A stretch of 64,000 nucleotides of DNA. Origin: the human T2T-CHM13v2.0 reference genome, Homo sapiens. Below, piece by piece: positions 15,001 through 28,400 of this stretch (its first letter is position 1; each line of letters begins with the position of its first letter). The DNA lies in NCBI GenBank assembly GCA_009914755.4, contig CP068257.2, forward strand, positions 6,400,001-6,464,000, written 5' to 3'. The position numbers were made by a program, and so were the translations under genes. The notes under the pieces are model-generated. The model saw only the letters and a list, made by a program, of their open reading frames with translations, was not told the DNA's origin and ran no database searches.

Positions 15001-18000
15001 AAACAATGGCATGGAATAGAATGAACTGGAATGTAATGAGTTTGGAATGGACAGGAATGGAATGGAATGGAATGGAAAGGAATGGAATGGACTCAAATGG
15101 AATAACATGGAATCCAATGGAATAGAATGTAACGGAATGTAATGAACACGAATGTAATGGAATGTAATAGAATGAACTGGAATGTAAAGAATTTGGAATG
15201 GACAGGAATGGAATGGAATGGAATGGAAAGGAATGGAATGGACTCAAATGGAATAACATGGAATCGAATGGAATAGAATGTAACGGAATGTAATGAACAG
15301 GAATGTAATGGAATGTAATGGAATGAAAGGTGCTGGAATGGAATGGAATGGAATGGAGTGGAAAGGAATGAAATGGAATGGATCTTGCACTAATGGGTTG
15401 GAATGCAATGGAATTTACTAGAATGGAATGGAATGGAATGGACTGAAATGGAATAGCATGGAATGGAATGGACTCGAATGCAATGGAATGGAATGGACTC
15501 GAATGGAACGGAATGGACTCGAAAGAGTGGAGTCGAATGGACTTGAACGGATTGCAATGGAATGGAACAGAATGGAATGTACTCGCATGGAATGGAAATG
15601 AATGGAATAGAACGGAACAGAACGGAATGGAATTGACTGGAATGGAAAGGAATGCAATGGAATGGAGTGGACTTGAATGATATGCAATGGAATGGACTCG
15701 AATGAATTGGAATGGACTCAAATACAATGGAATAGAATGGAAAGGAATCAACTGGAATGGAATGGAATAGAATGGCCTCAAATGGATTGAAATGGAATGG
15801 AATGGACTCAAATGCAATGGAATGGAAGGAACCCAACGGAATGGAAAGGACTCGAATAGAATGGTATGGAATGGAATGGACTCAACGGGAATGGAATAGA
15901 TTAGAATGGCCTCGAGTGGGTTGGAATGGAATGGAATCTACTCAAATGGAATGGAATGGAATGGAACCGACAGGCATGGAATGGAAAGGAATGGATCCGA
16001 ATGGAATGGAATGGAATGGAATGCAATGGAATTGAATGGGATGGAATATATTGCAATGGACTCGAATGGAATGGATAGGAATGGACCCAAATGGAATCAA
16101 TTGGAATGGTCTCGATTGGAATGGAACGGACTTGAATCATATTGAATGGAATGGAGTCGAATGAATTGGAATGGAGTCTAGTTGAATGGAATGGAATAGA
16201 ATGGAATGGAATGGATTGGAATAGAATGGAATGGAATGGAGTGGACTCGAATGGAATGGAATGCACTGAAATGGAATGGAATGCAATGGAACCCACTCGA
16301 ATGGAATAGAATGGAATGGAATGGAAGGGACTCGAATGAAATGGAATGAAATGGACTCGAATGGAATGTAGTGGACTCGAATGGAAAGGAATGGACTCGA
16401 AAGGAAAGGGATGTAATGGAGTGGAATGGAATGAAATGGGCTTCAATGGAATAGAATGCAATGGAATGGAAGGGACTCGAATGAAATGGAATGGAAAGGA
16501 CACGAATGCAACGGAATGCACTGGAATGGAATGTAATTGTTAGGAATAGACTCAAAAGTAATGGAATGGAATGGACCCAATTGGAATAGAACGGAATGGA
16601 ATGGAATGGAGAAGAAGGGAATGGAATGGAATGCAATGAAATGGACTGGAATGGATTTCAATGGAATGGAATGGAATAGAATGGAATGGAATGGAATGGA
16701 ATAGATAGGGATGAAATGGAATGGAAGGGACTCCAATAGAATGAAATGCACTCCAAAGGAATGGAATAGAATTGAATGGAATGGACTCGAATGGAATGGG
16801 ATTGACTCAAAAGGAATGGAATGGAAAGGAATGGACTCGAATGGAATGCAATGGAATGGATCTAAGTGGTATGGAAAGTAATGGACATGAATGGAATGGA
16901 AAGGAATAGACTGTAATGGAAAGGAAAGGATTGAAAAGGAATATAATGTAATGGACTCGAATGGAATGGAAAGGACTCGAGTGGAATGGGCTCAAATGGA
17001 ATGGAAAGGCCTCGAGTGGAATGGAACGGAATGCAATGGACTCGAATGGAATGGATTGGAATGTATTCCAATGGAATGGAAAGAAATTGAATGGATTCGA
17101 GTCAAACCGAATGTGTTGGCATGGAATGGACTCGAATGGAATGGAATGTAGTTGAATGAAATGGACTCGAACGGAATGGAATGGAATGGAATAGAATGGA
17201 GTAAAATGGAATGGAAATGAATGGTATCTAATGGAATTGAATGGACAAAATAGGAATGCAATGGAAAAGAATGAAATGGAATTGAATGGACTCAATAGTA
17301 ATGCAATGGAAAAGAATGTAATGGAAAGGAATGGCCTCGAAGGGAATGTAATGGAATGAAATGTGCAGAAATGGAATTGAATGGAAGGAAATCGAATGGA
17401 AAAAATTTTATAGAATGGACTCGAAGGGAAAGCTGTTGAATTGAATGGACCCCAAAGCAATGGAATGGAATGGAACGGATTGGAAAGGAATGGAATGGAA
17501 TGAAATGGAAAAAACTCGAATGGAATTTAATGGAATGGAATGGAATGGAATGGAATTGACTAGGATTAAGTGGAGTGGAATGGAAAGGAATGGAATGGAG
17601 TGGAATGGAATTGACTCAAGTGGAATGGAATGCAATGGGCTCAAATAAAATGGAATGCAATGGACTCGAGTGAAATGGAATGCAGTGGAACGGACTCGAA
17701 AGAAATGCAGTGGAATGGAATAGACTGCAATACAATCGAATGGAATGGAATGGAGTGAAATGGAATGGACAACAAAGACATGGAATGAAATAGAACGGGT
17801 TCAAGTTGAATGGAATGGAATAGAATGAAATGGAATGGAATACAATGGACTCAAATGGCATGCAATGGAATGGAATTGAAACGAATGGAATGGACTCAAA
17901 TGGAATTTAATGGAATGGTGCCAAAAGGAATGGAATGGAAATGAATGTAATTTACTCTAATGCGATGGTACTGAATGGAATATAATATAATGGAATGGAC

Positions 18001-21000
18001 TCAGATGGAATAGCACAGAATAGAATGGACTCTAATGCAATTGAATTGAATGGAATCGAATGGAATTGAACGGATTTCAATGGAGTGGTGTCTAATGGAT
18101 TCGAATGGAATGCAATGGAATGGAATGGAATGTACTCGAATGGAATGGAATGGAATGAAATGAAACGGACTCGAATGGAATGGAATGGAATGGCATGGAA
18201 TGGAATGGAATGGATTTAAATGGAAAGCAGTTGATTTGAACAAAATGGAATGGAACGGAACGGAAAGGAATGCAATGGAATGGAATGGAAAACAATGCAA
18301 GGGAATTCAATAGAATGGAAAGTAATGAAATTGAATGGAATGGAATGCAATGCAATGCAATGCCATGAAATGCAATGCAAGGAAATGAAATGGACTCGGA
18401 TGGAATGGAATGGTCTCAAATGAAAAGGAATGGACCAGAATGAAATGGAATGGAATGAAATGAAATGGACAAGAATGGAATGGACCGGAATGGAATGGAA
18501 AGGAATGGAATGGAATGGAATGGAATAGAATGAAACAGAATGAAATAGAATGGATTGGAACAGAATGGAATGGAATGGACTCAAATGGAATGGACTCGAA
18601 TGGAACACAGTGGAATTTACTGGATTAGAATCTAACGGAATTAACTGTGATGAAAAGGAATGGAATGGACTCGAATGGAATCGATGGGAATTGAATGGAC
18701 GTGAATGGAATGAAACAGAATGGACACGAAAGGAATAGAATGGAATGGAATGGAATGGAATGGAATGGTGTTGAATGGAATAGAATGGAATGCAATGGAC
18801 TCGAATGATATGGAATTTAATGGATGCAAAAGGAATGGAATGAACTCAATGGAATGGAATGGAATGGAATCGAAAGGAATGGAATGGAATGGACTCACGT
18901 GGAATGAAATGGAATGGTATCAAATGCAATAGATTGAAATGGAATGGACTCGAGATGAAAGGAATGGAATGGACAGGAAAGGAATGGAATTGAATGGAAT
19001 GGAATGGAATGGAATGGACAGGAAAGGAATGGAATTGAATGGAATGGAATGGAATGGAATAGACCCGAAACGAATGTAATGGAAGGAAATGTGCTGCAAT
19101 GGAATGGAATGGAATGGAATGGAATGGAATGGAATGGAATGGAATGGACTTCAAAGGAATGTAAAGGAATGAAACGTGCTGGGAAGGAATGGAATGGAAT
19201 GGAATGGAATAAAATGTAATGGAATGGAATCGAATGGAATGTAGTTGAATTGCATGGACCTGAAAGCAATGGAATGGTATGGAACAGATTAGAAGGGAAT
19301 GGAATGGAATGAAAAGGAAAAGCCTCGAATGGAATGCAATGGAATGGAATAGACTCGAATGAAATGGAGTGGACTCGAATGGAATGGAGTGGAATGGAAT
19401 CGACTCGAGTGGAATGGAACGGAATGGCCTCGAAAGAAATGGCATGCAGTGGCATGGAGTCCAAAGGAATGCAATGGAAAGCAAAAGAATTGAATGGAAT
19501 GGAATGGAACGGAATGGAAAGGAATGGAATTGACGCGAATGAAATGGAATGGAATAGAATGGACTCCAATGGAATGGAATGGAATGGAATGGAATGGAAT
19601 TTACTCCAATGCGATGGAATGGAATCGAATTTACTCGAACGGAATGGAATGAATGGACTCAAATGGAATAGCATGGAATGGTATGGACTCTAATGCACTG
19701 GAATTGAATGGATTCGAATGGAATGGAATGGAATGGCATGGAATGGAAAAGTTTGGATTTGAATTGAAAGGACCCAAAAAGAAAGGAATGGATTGGAATG
19801 GAATGCAATGGAATGGAATGTAATGGAATGGATTGGATTTGAATAGAAAGGACCCGAAAAGAATGGAATGGCATGGAATGAAGAGGCCTCGAATGGAATG
19901 GAATGGATTGGAATGGACTCGATTGAAATGGAATGGACTCGAATGGAATGTAAAAGAATGGAGTTGACTGGAGTGCAATGGAATGGAATAGAATTGATTT
20001 GAATGGAATGCAATGGACACGAAAGAAATGGAACGGAATGGAATGGAATGGAATGGACTCACATGGAACGGAATAGACTCGAATGGAATAGCACAGAATA
20101 GACTCGAATGGATTGGAATGCAATGGAATGGGCTCGATGGAATGGAATAGAATGGGCTCGATGGAATGGAATAGAATGGACTCGAAAGGAATTCAATGGA
20201 CTCGAAAGGATTGGAACAGAATGCAAAGGAATGGAATCGAATGCAATGCAATGGAATTGAATCGAATAGAATTGAATGGAGTTGCCACGAATGGAAAGGC
20301 TGGAATGGAATGGAATGGAATTGAAAGGAAAGGAATGGATTAGGCACAAATGGCATGGAATGGAATGGAATGGAATGGATTCGAATGGAATTGAATGGAA
20401 TGGATTCAAACGACATAATATGTAATTGAATGGACGCGAAAGCAATGGAATGGAATGGACTCGAAAGGAATGGTATGGACTCAAACTAAATAGAGTGGAA
20501 TGGACTCCAATGAAATGGAAAGGAGTTGAATGGACTCGAATAGAATGGAATGTATCAGAATAGAATGAACTCAAATGGAATGGAATGGAATTTAATGAAA
20601 TGGACTCGAATGGAATGGAATGAAATGGAATGTACTGGAATGGAATGGAAGGGAATGGAATGCGTTTGAATTGAGTGGACTGGAAAAGAATGGAATTTAA
20701 TGGAATGGAATGAAATGGAAAGAAGTGGCTTCGAATGGATTCGAATGGAAAGGAATTTACTCGAATGAAATGGAATGGAATCAAATGGAATGAAATGGAA
20801 TGGGATCAACTCGTGTGCAATGGAATGGAATGGAATGGATTCGAAGGGAATGCAATGCAATGGACACGAATGGAATAGAACCAAAAGGAATGGAACGGAA
20901 TGGAGAGGTACGGAATGGAACGGAATGGAATGGAACGGAACGGAATGGAAAGGAATGGAACGGAACGCAATGGATTGAAATGGAATGGAATCGAATGGAA

Positions 21001-21950
21001 TGGAATGGATTGGAATCTAATGGAATGGAATATAATTGACTCGAAAGGAATGGAATGCAGTTGAGTGCACTCAAATGGAATAGAATGGAATGGAATGGAA
21101 GGGACTCGAATGAAATGGAACAGAATGGACTCGAATGTAATTGAATGGACTGGAATGGAGTGGAATGGAATGGTATGGAGAAGAATGGAATAGATAGGAA
21201 TGGAATGGAACGGAAGGGACTATAATAGGATGCAATGGACTCCAAAGGAATGGAATAGAACGGAATAGACAGCAATGGAATGGATTCAAATCGTATAGAA
21301 TGTAATGGAAAATATAGGACAGGAGAAAATGGAATGGAATGGACTCGAATGGAATGTACTGGACTCAAAAGGAATGGAATGGAATGGACTTAAGTGGAAT
21401 GGAATGTAATGGACAGGAATGGAATGAAATGGAACAGACGGTAATGTAAAGAAATGGATTGGAAAGGAATGGAATGGGATAGACTAGAAAGGAATGGAAA
21501 GGACTCGAGTAGAATGGATTGGAATGGAATGGACTCGAATGGAATGGAAAGGATTCGAGTGGAATGGAATGGAATGCAATGGACTCGAACGGAATGGGGT
21601 GGAAGTTATTCTAATGGAATGGAGTGGATTTTATTATAATGGAATGGAATGGAATTGAATGGATTTGAATTGAACTGAATATAATGTCATGGAATGGACT
21701 CGAATGTAATGTAATTTAATGGAATGAAATGTATTCCAAAGGAATGGAATGGAATGGACTCGAATGGAATGGAATGGAATGGAATAAAATGGAATGGACA
21801 ACAATGGTATGCAATGGAATTGAATGGACTCAACAGGAATGCAATGGAAAAGAATGTAATGGAATGGAGTGGACTCGAAAGGAATGTAATGGAATGAAAT
21901 GTGCTGAAATGGAATGGAATGGAATGGAATGGAGTGGAATGGAATAGAAT
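9040..21950 (+). repeat. Diverged higher-order periodicity (~0.85 / ~1.7-2 kb) in subfamily A, marked by a recurring ~450 bp module (…GAATGTAACGGAATGGAATGAACCCGAATGG…AAATGTGCTGG…GGAATTTACTCGAATGGGATGG…GGACTGAAATGCAATAGCATGG…GGACTCGAATGGAGTGGAGTCGAATGGAC…)
   Basis: Recognisable module copies lie near 9040-9400, 9880-10260, 11400-11790, 13100-13480, 13590-13870 and 15270-15640. The AAATGTGCTG-type marker also recurs near 17352, 19090, 19185 and 21901. A second diverged pair, 10990-11460 versus 12660-13150, is about 1.69 kb apart. Between-copy identity is only about 80-90% by eye. Confidence 0.6.
15014..15323 (+). repeat. Local ~152 bp tandem duplication within subfamily A
   Basis: The block agaatgaactggaatgtaatgagtttggaatggacaggaatggaatggaatggaatggaaaggaatggaatggactcaaatggaataacatggaatc..aatggaatagaatgtaacggaatgtaatgaaca.gaatgtaatggaatgtaat occurs at about 15016 and again at about 15168. 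Confidence 0.8.
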
Positions 21951-24900
21951 GGAAAAAATGTAATAGAATGGAATTGAAGGGAATGCAGTTGAATTCAATG
22001 GACATGAAAGCAATGGAATGGAATGGAACGGATTTGAAAGGAATGGAATGGAATGAAATGGAAAAGACACGAACGCAATGGAATGGAAAGGACTAGAATG
22101 AAATGGAGTGGAATGGAATGGAATAGAATGGAATCGACTCAAGTGGAATGGAATGGAAAGGACGCGTATGATATGGAATGCAGTGGAATGGAATAGAATG
22201 GAATGCAATGGAGTGGATTAGACACGAATGGAATGGAATGGAATGGAATGGAATGGAATGAGATGGAATGGACGCAAATGTAATGGAATGAAACATAATT
22301 GAATCGGAATGGAATGGATTGGAATGGAATGGAATGGAATGGAATCTAATGGAAAAATATAATAGAATGGACTCGAAGGGAATGCAGTTGAATTGAATAG
22401 ACACAAAAGCAATGGAATGGAATGGAACGGACGGGAAGGGAATGGTATGGAATGAAACGGAAAGACTAGAATGGAATGGAAAGGAATGGAATGAACTAGA
22501 TTGAAATATAGTGGAATGGAATGGAATGGAATGCAATGGAATGGAATCGACTCAAGTGGAATGGAATGGAATGGAATCAAATAAAATGGAATGCAGTGGA
22601 ATGGACTCGAATGGAATGCAATGGGATGGAATAGACTCGAATGGAATGGAAAGAAATGTAATTTAATGGAATGAAATGGAATGGACGGGAATGAAATGGA
22701 ATGAAATACAATGGATTCGAATGGAATGGAATGGAATGGAATGCAACGGACACAAATGGAATGGAAAGGACTTGAAAAGAATGGAATGGACTCGAATAGA
22801 ATTTATTGGGATGGTTCCAAATGGAATGGAATGGAATGGAATTTAATTGAACGTGATGGAATGGAATGGAATTTACTCCAATGGACTGGAATGGAATGGA
22901 ATCAAAAGGAAAAGAATGGAATGGATTGGACTCGAATGCAATGGAATGGAATGGACTCGAATGCAATCGTATGGACTTGATCAGAATAGAGTGGAAAGAA
23001 ATCCAAAGGATAGGAGTGGAATTGAAGGGACTCGAATAGAATGGAAAGTAACGGAATGGAATGAACTCGAATGGAATGGAATGAAATGGACTCGAATGGA
23101 ATGGAATGATCTGGAATGGAATGGAATGCAATGCATTTGAATTGAATGAAGCCGAAAAGAATGGAATGGAATGGAATGGAATGGAATGGAATGGAATGGA
23201 ATGGAATGGAATGGAGTGGATTTGAATTGAATGGACCTGAAGAGAATGGAATGGAACGGACTGGAATGATGAGGCCTCGAATGGAATGGAATGGATCGGA
23301 ATGGACTTGAATGAAATGGAACGGACTCGAATAGAATGGAATAGAATTTAATCGACTTGAGGGCAATGGAATGGAATCGAATAGAATGGAATCGACTCGA
23401 GTTCAATGGAATGGAATGGAATGGATACGAATGGAATGGAATGGACCCAAACGGAATGGAATGGAACGGAATGGAATGGAATGGAACTGAATGGAATTTC
23501 CACGCATGGAATGGAATAGACTAGAATGGAATGGAAAGGAGTAACTCGAAGAAAATGGAATGCAATGGAATGCACTCGAATGGAATGGAATAGAACAGAC
23601 TAAAAAGGAATTCATTGGACTTGAAAGGAATGGAATGGAATGCAGTGGAATGGAATCGAATGGATTGAAATGGAACTGACTCGAAAGGAATTCAGTGGAT
23701 TGGCCACGAATGGAAGGGGTGGAATGGAATGGACTAGAATTGAATGGCAAGGAATGCATTGGTCTCAAATGGAATGGAATATATTGGAATGCAATTGAAT
23801 AGAATCGAAAGGAATCCAATGGAATTGACAGGAATGGAATTGAATGGAGTGGCCACGAATGGAAGGGGTGGAAAGGAATGGACTGCAATTGAAATCAAAG
23901 GAAGGCACTGGGCTCAAAAGGAATGGAATGGAATGGATTCGAATGGAATTGAATGGAATGGATTCAAATGGAATTGCATGGAATGAAATGGACTTGAATG
24001 CAATGGAATGGAGTGGACTCGAATGGAATGGTATGGACTAGAACAGAATAGAGTGGAATGGACTTCAATTGAATGCAATGGAATTGAATGGACAAGAATA
24101 GAATGCAATATAACAGAATGGAATGAACTGGAATACAATGGAATGGAATGGAATGAAATGGACTTGAATGGAATGGAATCGAACGGAATGCACTGGAATG
24201 GAATGGAATGCATTTGAATTGAATGGACCCGAAAAGAAGAATGGAAAGGAATGGAATGGAATGGAATGGAATGGAATGAATTTGAAATTAATGGACCTGA
24301 AAAGACGATAATGGAAAGGAATGGAATGAAGTGGCCTCGAATAAAATGGAATGGATTGAAATGGACTCGAAAGAAATGTTATGGACTCGAATGGAATGGA
24401 ATAGAATGGAATCAGCACGAGTTCAATGGATTTAAATTGAATGGATTGGAATGCAACGGAAAGTACCCGAATGGAATGGAATGGAATGGAACGGAATGGA
24501 ATGGAAAAGAAACGAATGGACTCACATGGAATAGAAGAGAATCGATTGGAACAGAACGGAATAAACTCGAATGGAATGGAATGCCACAGAATGGACTCGA
24601 ATGGAATGGATTAGAATGGACTAGAATGGAATTCAATGCACTCGAAAGGAATGCAATGGAATGCAAATGAATGGAATCAAATGGAATGCAAGGGAATTGA
24701 CTAGAATGGAATTGTTTGGAGAGGCCACGAATGGTAAGGGTGGAATGGAATGCACAGGAATTGAATGGAAAGGAATGGATTGAGCTTAAATGGAATGGAA
24801 TGGAATGGATTGGACTGGAATTGAATGGAATGGATTCAAATGGAATAGCATGGAATGGAATGGACATGAATGCAATCGAATGGAATGGATTCGAATGGAA

Positions 24901-25499
24901 TGGTATGGACTCGAACGGAATAGAGTGGTATGGACTTCAATGGAATGGAATGGAATGGAATGGAATCGAATAGAATGGAATGTAACGGAATGGAATGAAC
25001 TCGAATCCAAAGGTATGGAATGAAATGGACTCGAAATATTTCGAATGGAATGGAAAGGAATATATTGGAATGGAATGGAATCGAATGGAATGCATTCGAA
25101 TTGAAGAGAACTGAAAAGAATGGAAAGGAATGGAATGCAATGAAGTGGCCTCGAAGGGAATGGAATGGATTGGAAAGGACTCGAATGAAATGGAATGGAT
25201 TCGAATGGAATGGAATAGAATGGAATTGACTCGAGTACAATCGAATGGAATGGAATGGATTCTAATGGAATGGAATGGACCCAAATGGAATGGACCAGAA
25301 CCAAACGGAATGGAATGGAACAGAATGGAATGGAGTCGCATGGAATGTAAAGGAATGGACCCAAATGGAATGGAATGGAATGGAATGGAATGGAATGGAA
25401 TGGATTTCAATGTAATAGAATGAATGGAATGGAATGGACACGAAAGGATTTGAATGGAATGGAATGGAATGGATTGGAGTGGAATGGAATGGAATAGAA

Positions 25500-28400
25500 T
25501 GGAATATAACGGAATGGAATGGAATGGAAAGGAATGGAATCAACTGGAATGGAATTGAATGGAATGGAATGGAATGGTAGGGAATGCAATGGAATGGTAT
25601 GGAATGGAAGGGAATGGTAGCGAATGCAATGGAATGGAATGGAATCAACGCGAGTGGAATGGAATGGAATGGAATGGAGTGGAATTGAATCCACTGGAAT
25701 GGAATGGAATGGAATGGAATGAAACGGAAAGGAATTTAATGGAATGGAATGGAATCAACACGAGTGGAATTGAATGGAATGGAATGGAATGGAATAAACC
25801 CGAGTGGAGTGGAATGGAATGGAATGGAATGGAAAGGAATGGAATAGAATAGAATGGAATGGAATCAACCATAAGGGAATGGAATTGAAAGGAATCGAAT
25901 GGAATAGAATCGAATGGAATTGAATCAACCAGAGTGCAATGGAATGGAATGCAGTGGAATGAAACAGAATGAAATAGAATGGAATTGAATTAACATGAGG
26001 GGAATGGAATGGAATGGAAGGGAAAAGAATGGAACTTAATCATCTGGAGTGGAACGAATGGAATGGAATGGAATGGAATAGAAAGGAATTGAATCAGCCT
26101 GAGTGGAATGGAATGGAATGGAATGGAATAGAATGGAATGGAATGGAATGGAATGGAATGGATTGGAATGGAATGGAATAGAATTGTATTGAATTAACTG
26201 GAATGGAATGGAATGGAATGGATTGGAATGGAATGGAATAGAATGGAATTGAATTAACTGGAATGGAATGGAATGGAATGGAATGGAATGGAATGAAATG
26301 GAATGGAAAGGAATGGAATAGAATTGAATTGAATTAACTGGAATGGAATGGAACGGAATGGAATGGATTGGAATGGAATGGAATAGAATGGAATAGAATT
26401 AACTGGAATGGAATGAAATGGAATGGAATGGAATGGAATGGAATGGAATGAAATGAAATGGAATGGAATGGAATGGAATGGAATGAAATAAAATGGAATG
26501 GAATGAAATGGAATGGAAAGGAATTGAGTCAAGTATAATGGAATGGAAGGGAATGGAATGGAATGGAATGGAATGGAATCAACTGCTATGTAATGAAACG
26601 GATTGGAATGGAATGGAATGGAATAGAAAGGAATTGAATCAACCTGAGTGCAATGGAATGGAATGGAATGGAATTGCGTCAACTGAAATGGAATGGAATG
26701 GAAAGAAAAGGAATGGAATGGAATTGAATGGAAAGGAATGGAAAGGAATGGAATGGAATGGAATGGAAAGGAATTGAATCAACCTGAGTGGAATGGATTG
26801 GAATGGAATAGAATGGAATGGAATAGAATGGAATTGAATTGAGTCAACTGGAATGGAATGGAATGGAATGGAATGGAATGGAATGGAATGGAATTGCATC
26901 AACTGAAATGGAATGAAATGGAAAGGAAAGGAATGGAATGGAATTGAATGGAATGGAATGGAAAGGAATGGAATGGAATGGAATGGAATGGAATTGAATC
27001 AACCTGAGTGGAATGGATTGGAATGGAATAGAATGGAATGGAATGGAATGGAATTGAATTGAGTCAACTGGAATGGAATGGAATGTAACGGAATGGAAAG
27101 GAAAGGAATGGAATGGAATTGAATGGAATGGAATGGAAAGGAATGGAATGGAGTGGAATGGAAAGGAATGGAATTGAATGGAATGGAATCGAATGGAATC
27201 AACTGGAGTGGAATGGAGTGGAATGCAATGGAATGGAATAGAAGGAAAAGGTGGGGAATGTAATAGAATGTAATGGAATGAACCCCAATGGAATATAATG
27301 TAATGTAATGGAATGGAATGGAATGGAATTGAATGGAACGGAAAGGAGTGGAATTGAATCCACTGGAATGGAATGGAATGGAATGGTATGGAATGTAATG
27401 GAATCAACCCGAGTGGAATGGAATGGATTAGTCTGGAATGGAATTGAATGGATTGGAAAGGAATGGACTGGAATAGAATGGATTGGAATGGAATAAAATG
27501 GAAGTGAATCAACACGAGTGGAGTGGAAAGGAATGGAATGGAATGGATTGGAATGGAATAGAATAGAATGGAATTGAATCAACCCGAGTGGAATGGAATG
27601 GAATGGAATGGAATGGAATGGAATGGAAAGAAATGGAATGGAATGGAATGGAGTGGAATGGAATGGAAAGAAATGGAATGGAATGGAATGGAATCAACCC
27701 GATTGGAATGGAATGGAATGGCATGGCATGGAATGGAATGGAATGGAATAGAATGGAATTGAATCAACATGAGTGGAATGGAATGGAATGGAATAGAATG
27801 GAATTGAATCAACATGAGTGGAATGGAATGGAATGGAATAGAATGGAATTGAATCAACATGAGTGGAATGGAATGGAATGGAATGGATTCAACTGGAATG
27901 GAATGGAAAGGAATGAAACGGTATGGAAAGAAAGGAATTGAATAGAAAGGAAGGGAATGGAAAGGAATTTATTGGAAAGGAATGGAATGGAAAGGAATGG
28001 AATCAACTGAAAAGAAAGGAATGGAATGGAATGGAATGGAATGGAATGGTAGAGAATGCGAAGGAATGGTAGGGAATGGAATGGAACGATAGGGAATGGA
28101 ATGCAACGGAATGGAATCAACACGAGTTGTATGGAATGGAATGTAATGGAACGGAATGTAGTGGAACTGAATCCAGTGGAATGGAATGGAATTGAATGGA
28201 ATGGAATAGAATGGTATGGAATGTAATGGAGTCAAGCCGAGTGGAATGGAATGGATTGGTCTAGAATGGAAATGAATGGATTGTAAAGGAATGGAATGGA
28301 ATAGAATGGAATGGAACAGAATAAAACAGAATTGAATAAACACGAGTGGAGTGGAAAGGAATGAAATGGAATGGAATGGAATGGAACGAAATCGAATGGA

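Larger units (their letters stand above)
1..25450 (+). repeat. Pentameric (GGAAT)n satellite, HSat3-like subfamily A: diverged array punctuated by GGACTCGAATGG / GGACCCGAATGG / GGACACGAATGG motifs, lacking CAACCCGAGT
   Basis: GGAATGG units are continuous with frequent CTCGAATGG punctuation. The recurring marker ATGCAGTTGAATTGAATGGACCCGAAAGCAATGG is seen near 2161, 17421, 19241, 21981, 22381 and 24201. No CAAC-CGAGT 10-mer occurs until about 25.5 kb. The + strand is strongly purine rich. Confidence 0.85.

Noticed and set aside
18330-18375. Short (GCAAT)n-like run 'caatgcaatgcaatgccatgaaatgcaatgcaagg' as a distinct feature
   Set aside because: It has only about 6 imperfect units. It is within the normal noise of pentamer variants in the array and not worth a separate call.
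1-25450. Possible HSat2 (HSATII) identity for the upstream, TCGA-rich domain
   Set aside because: HSat2 is characterised by ATCATCGAATGGAATCGAATGG-type units, in which CATCATC/GATGAT is frequent. Here ATCATC is essentially absent and the unit remains GGAATGG-dominated with GGACTCGAATGG punctuation. I therefore call it an HSat3-like subfamily, at moderate confidence only.
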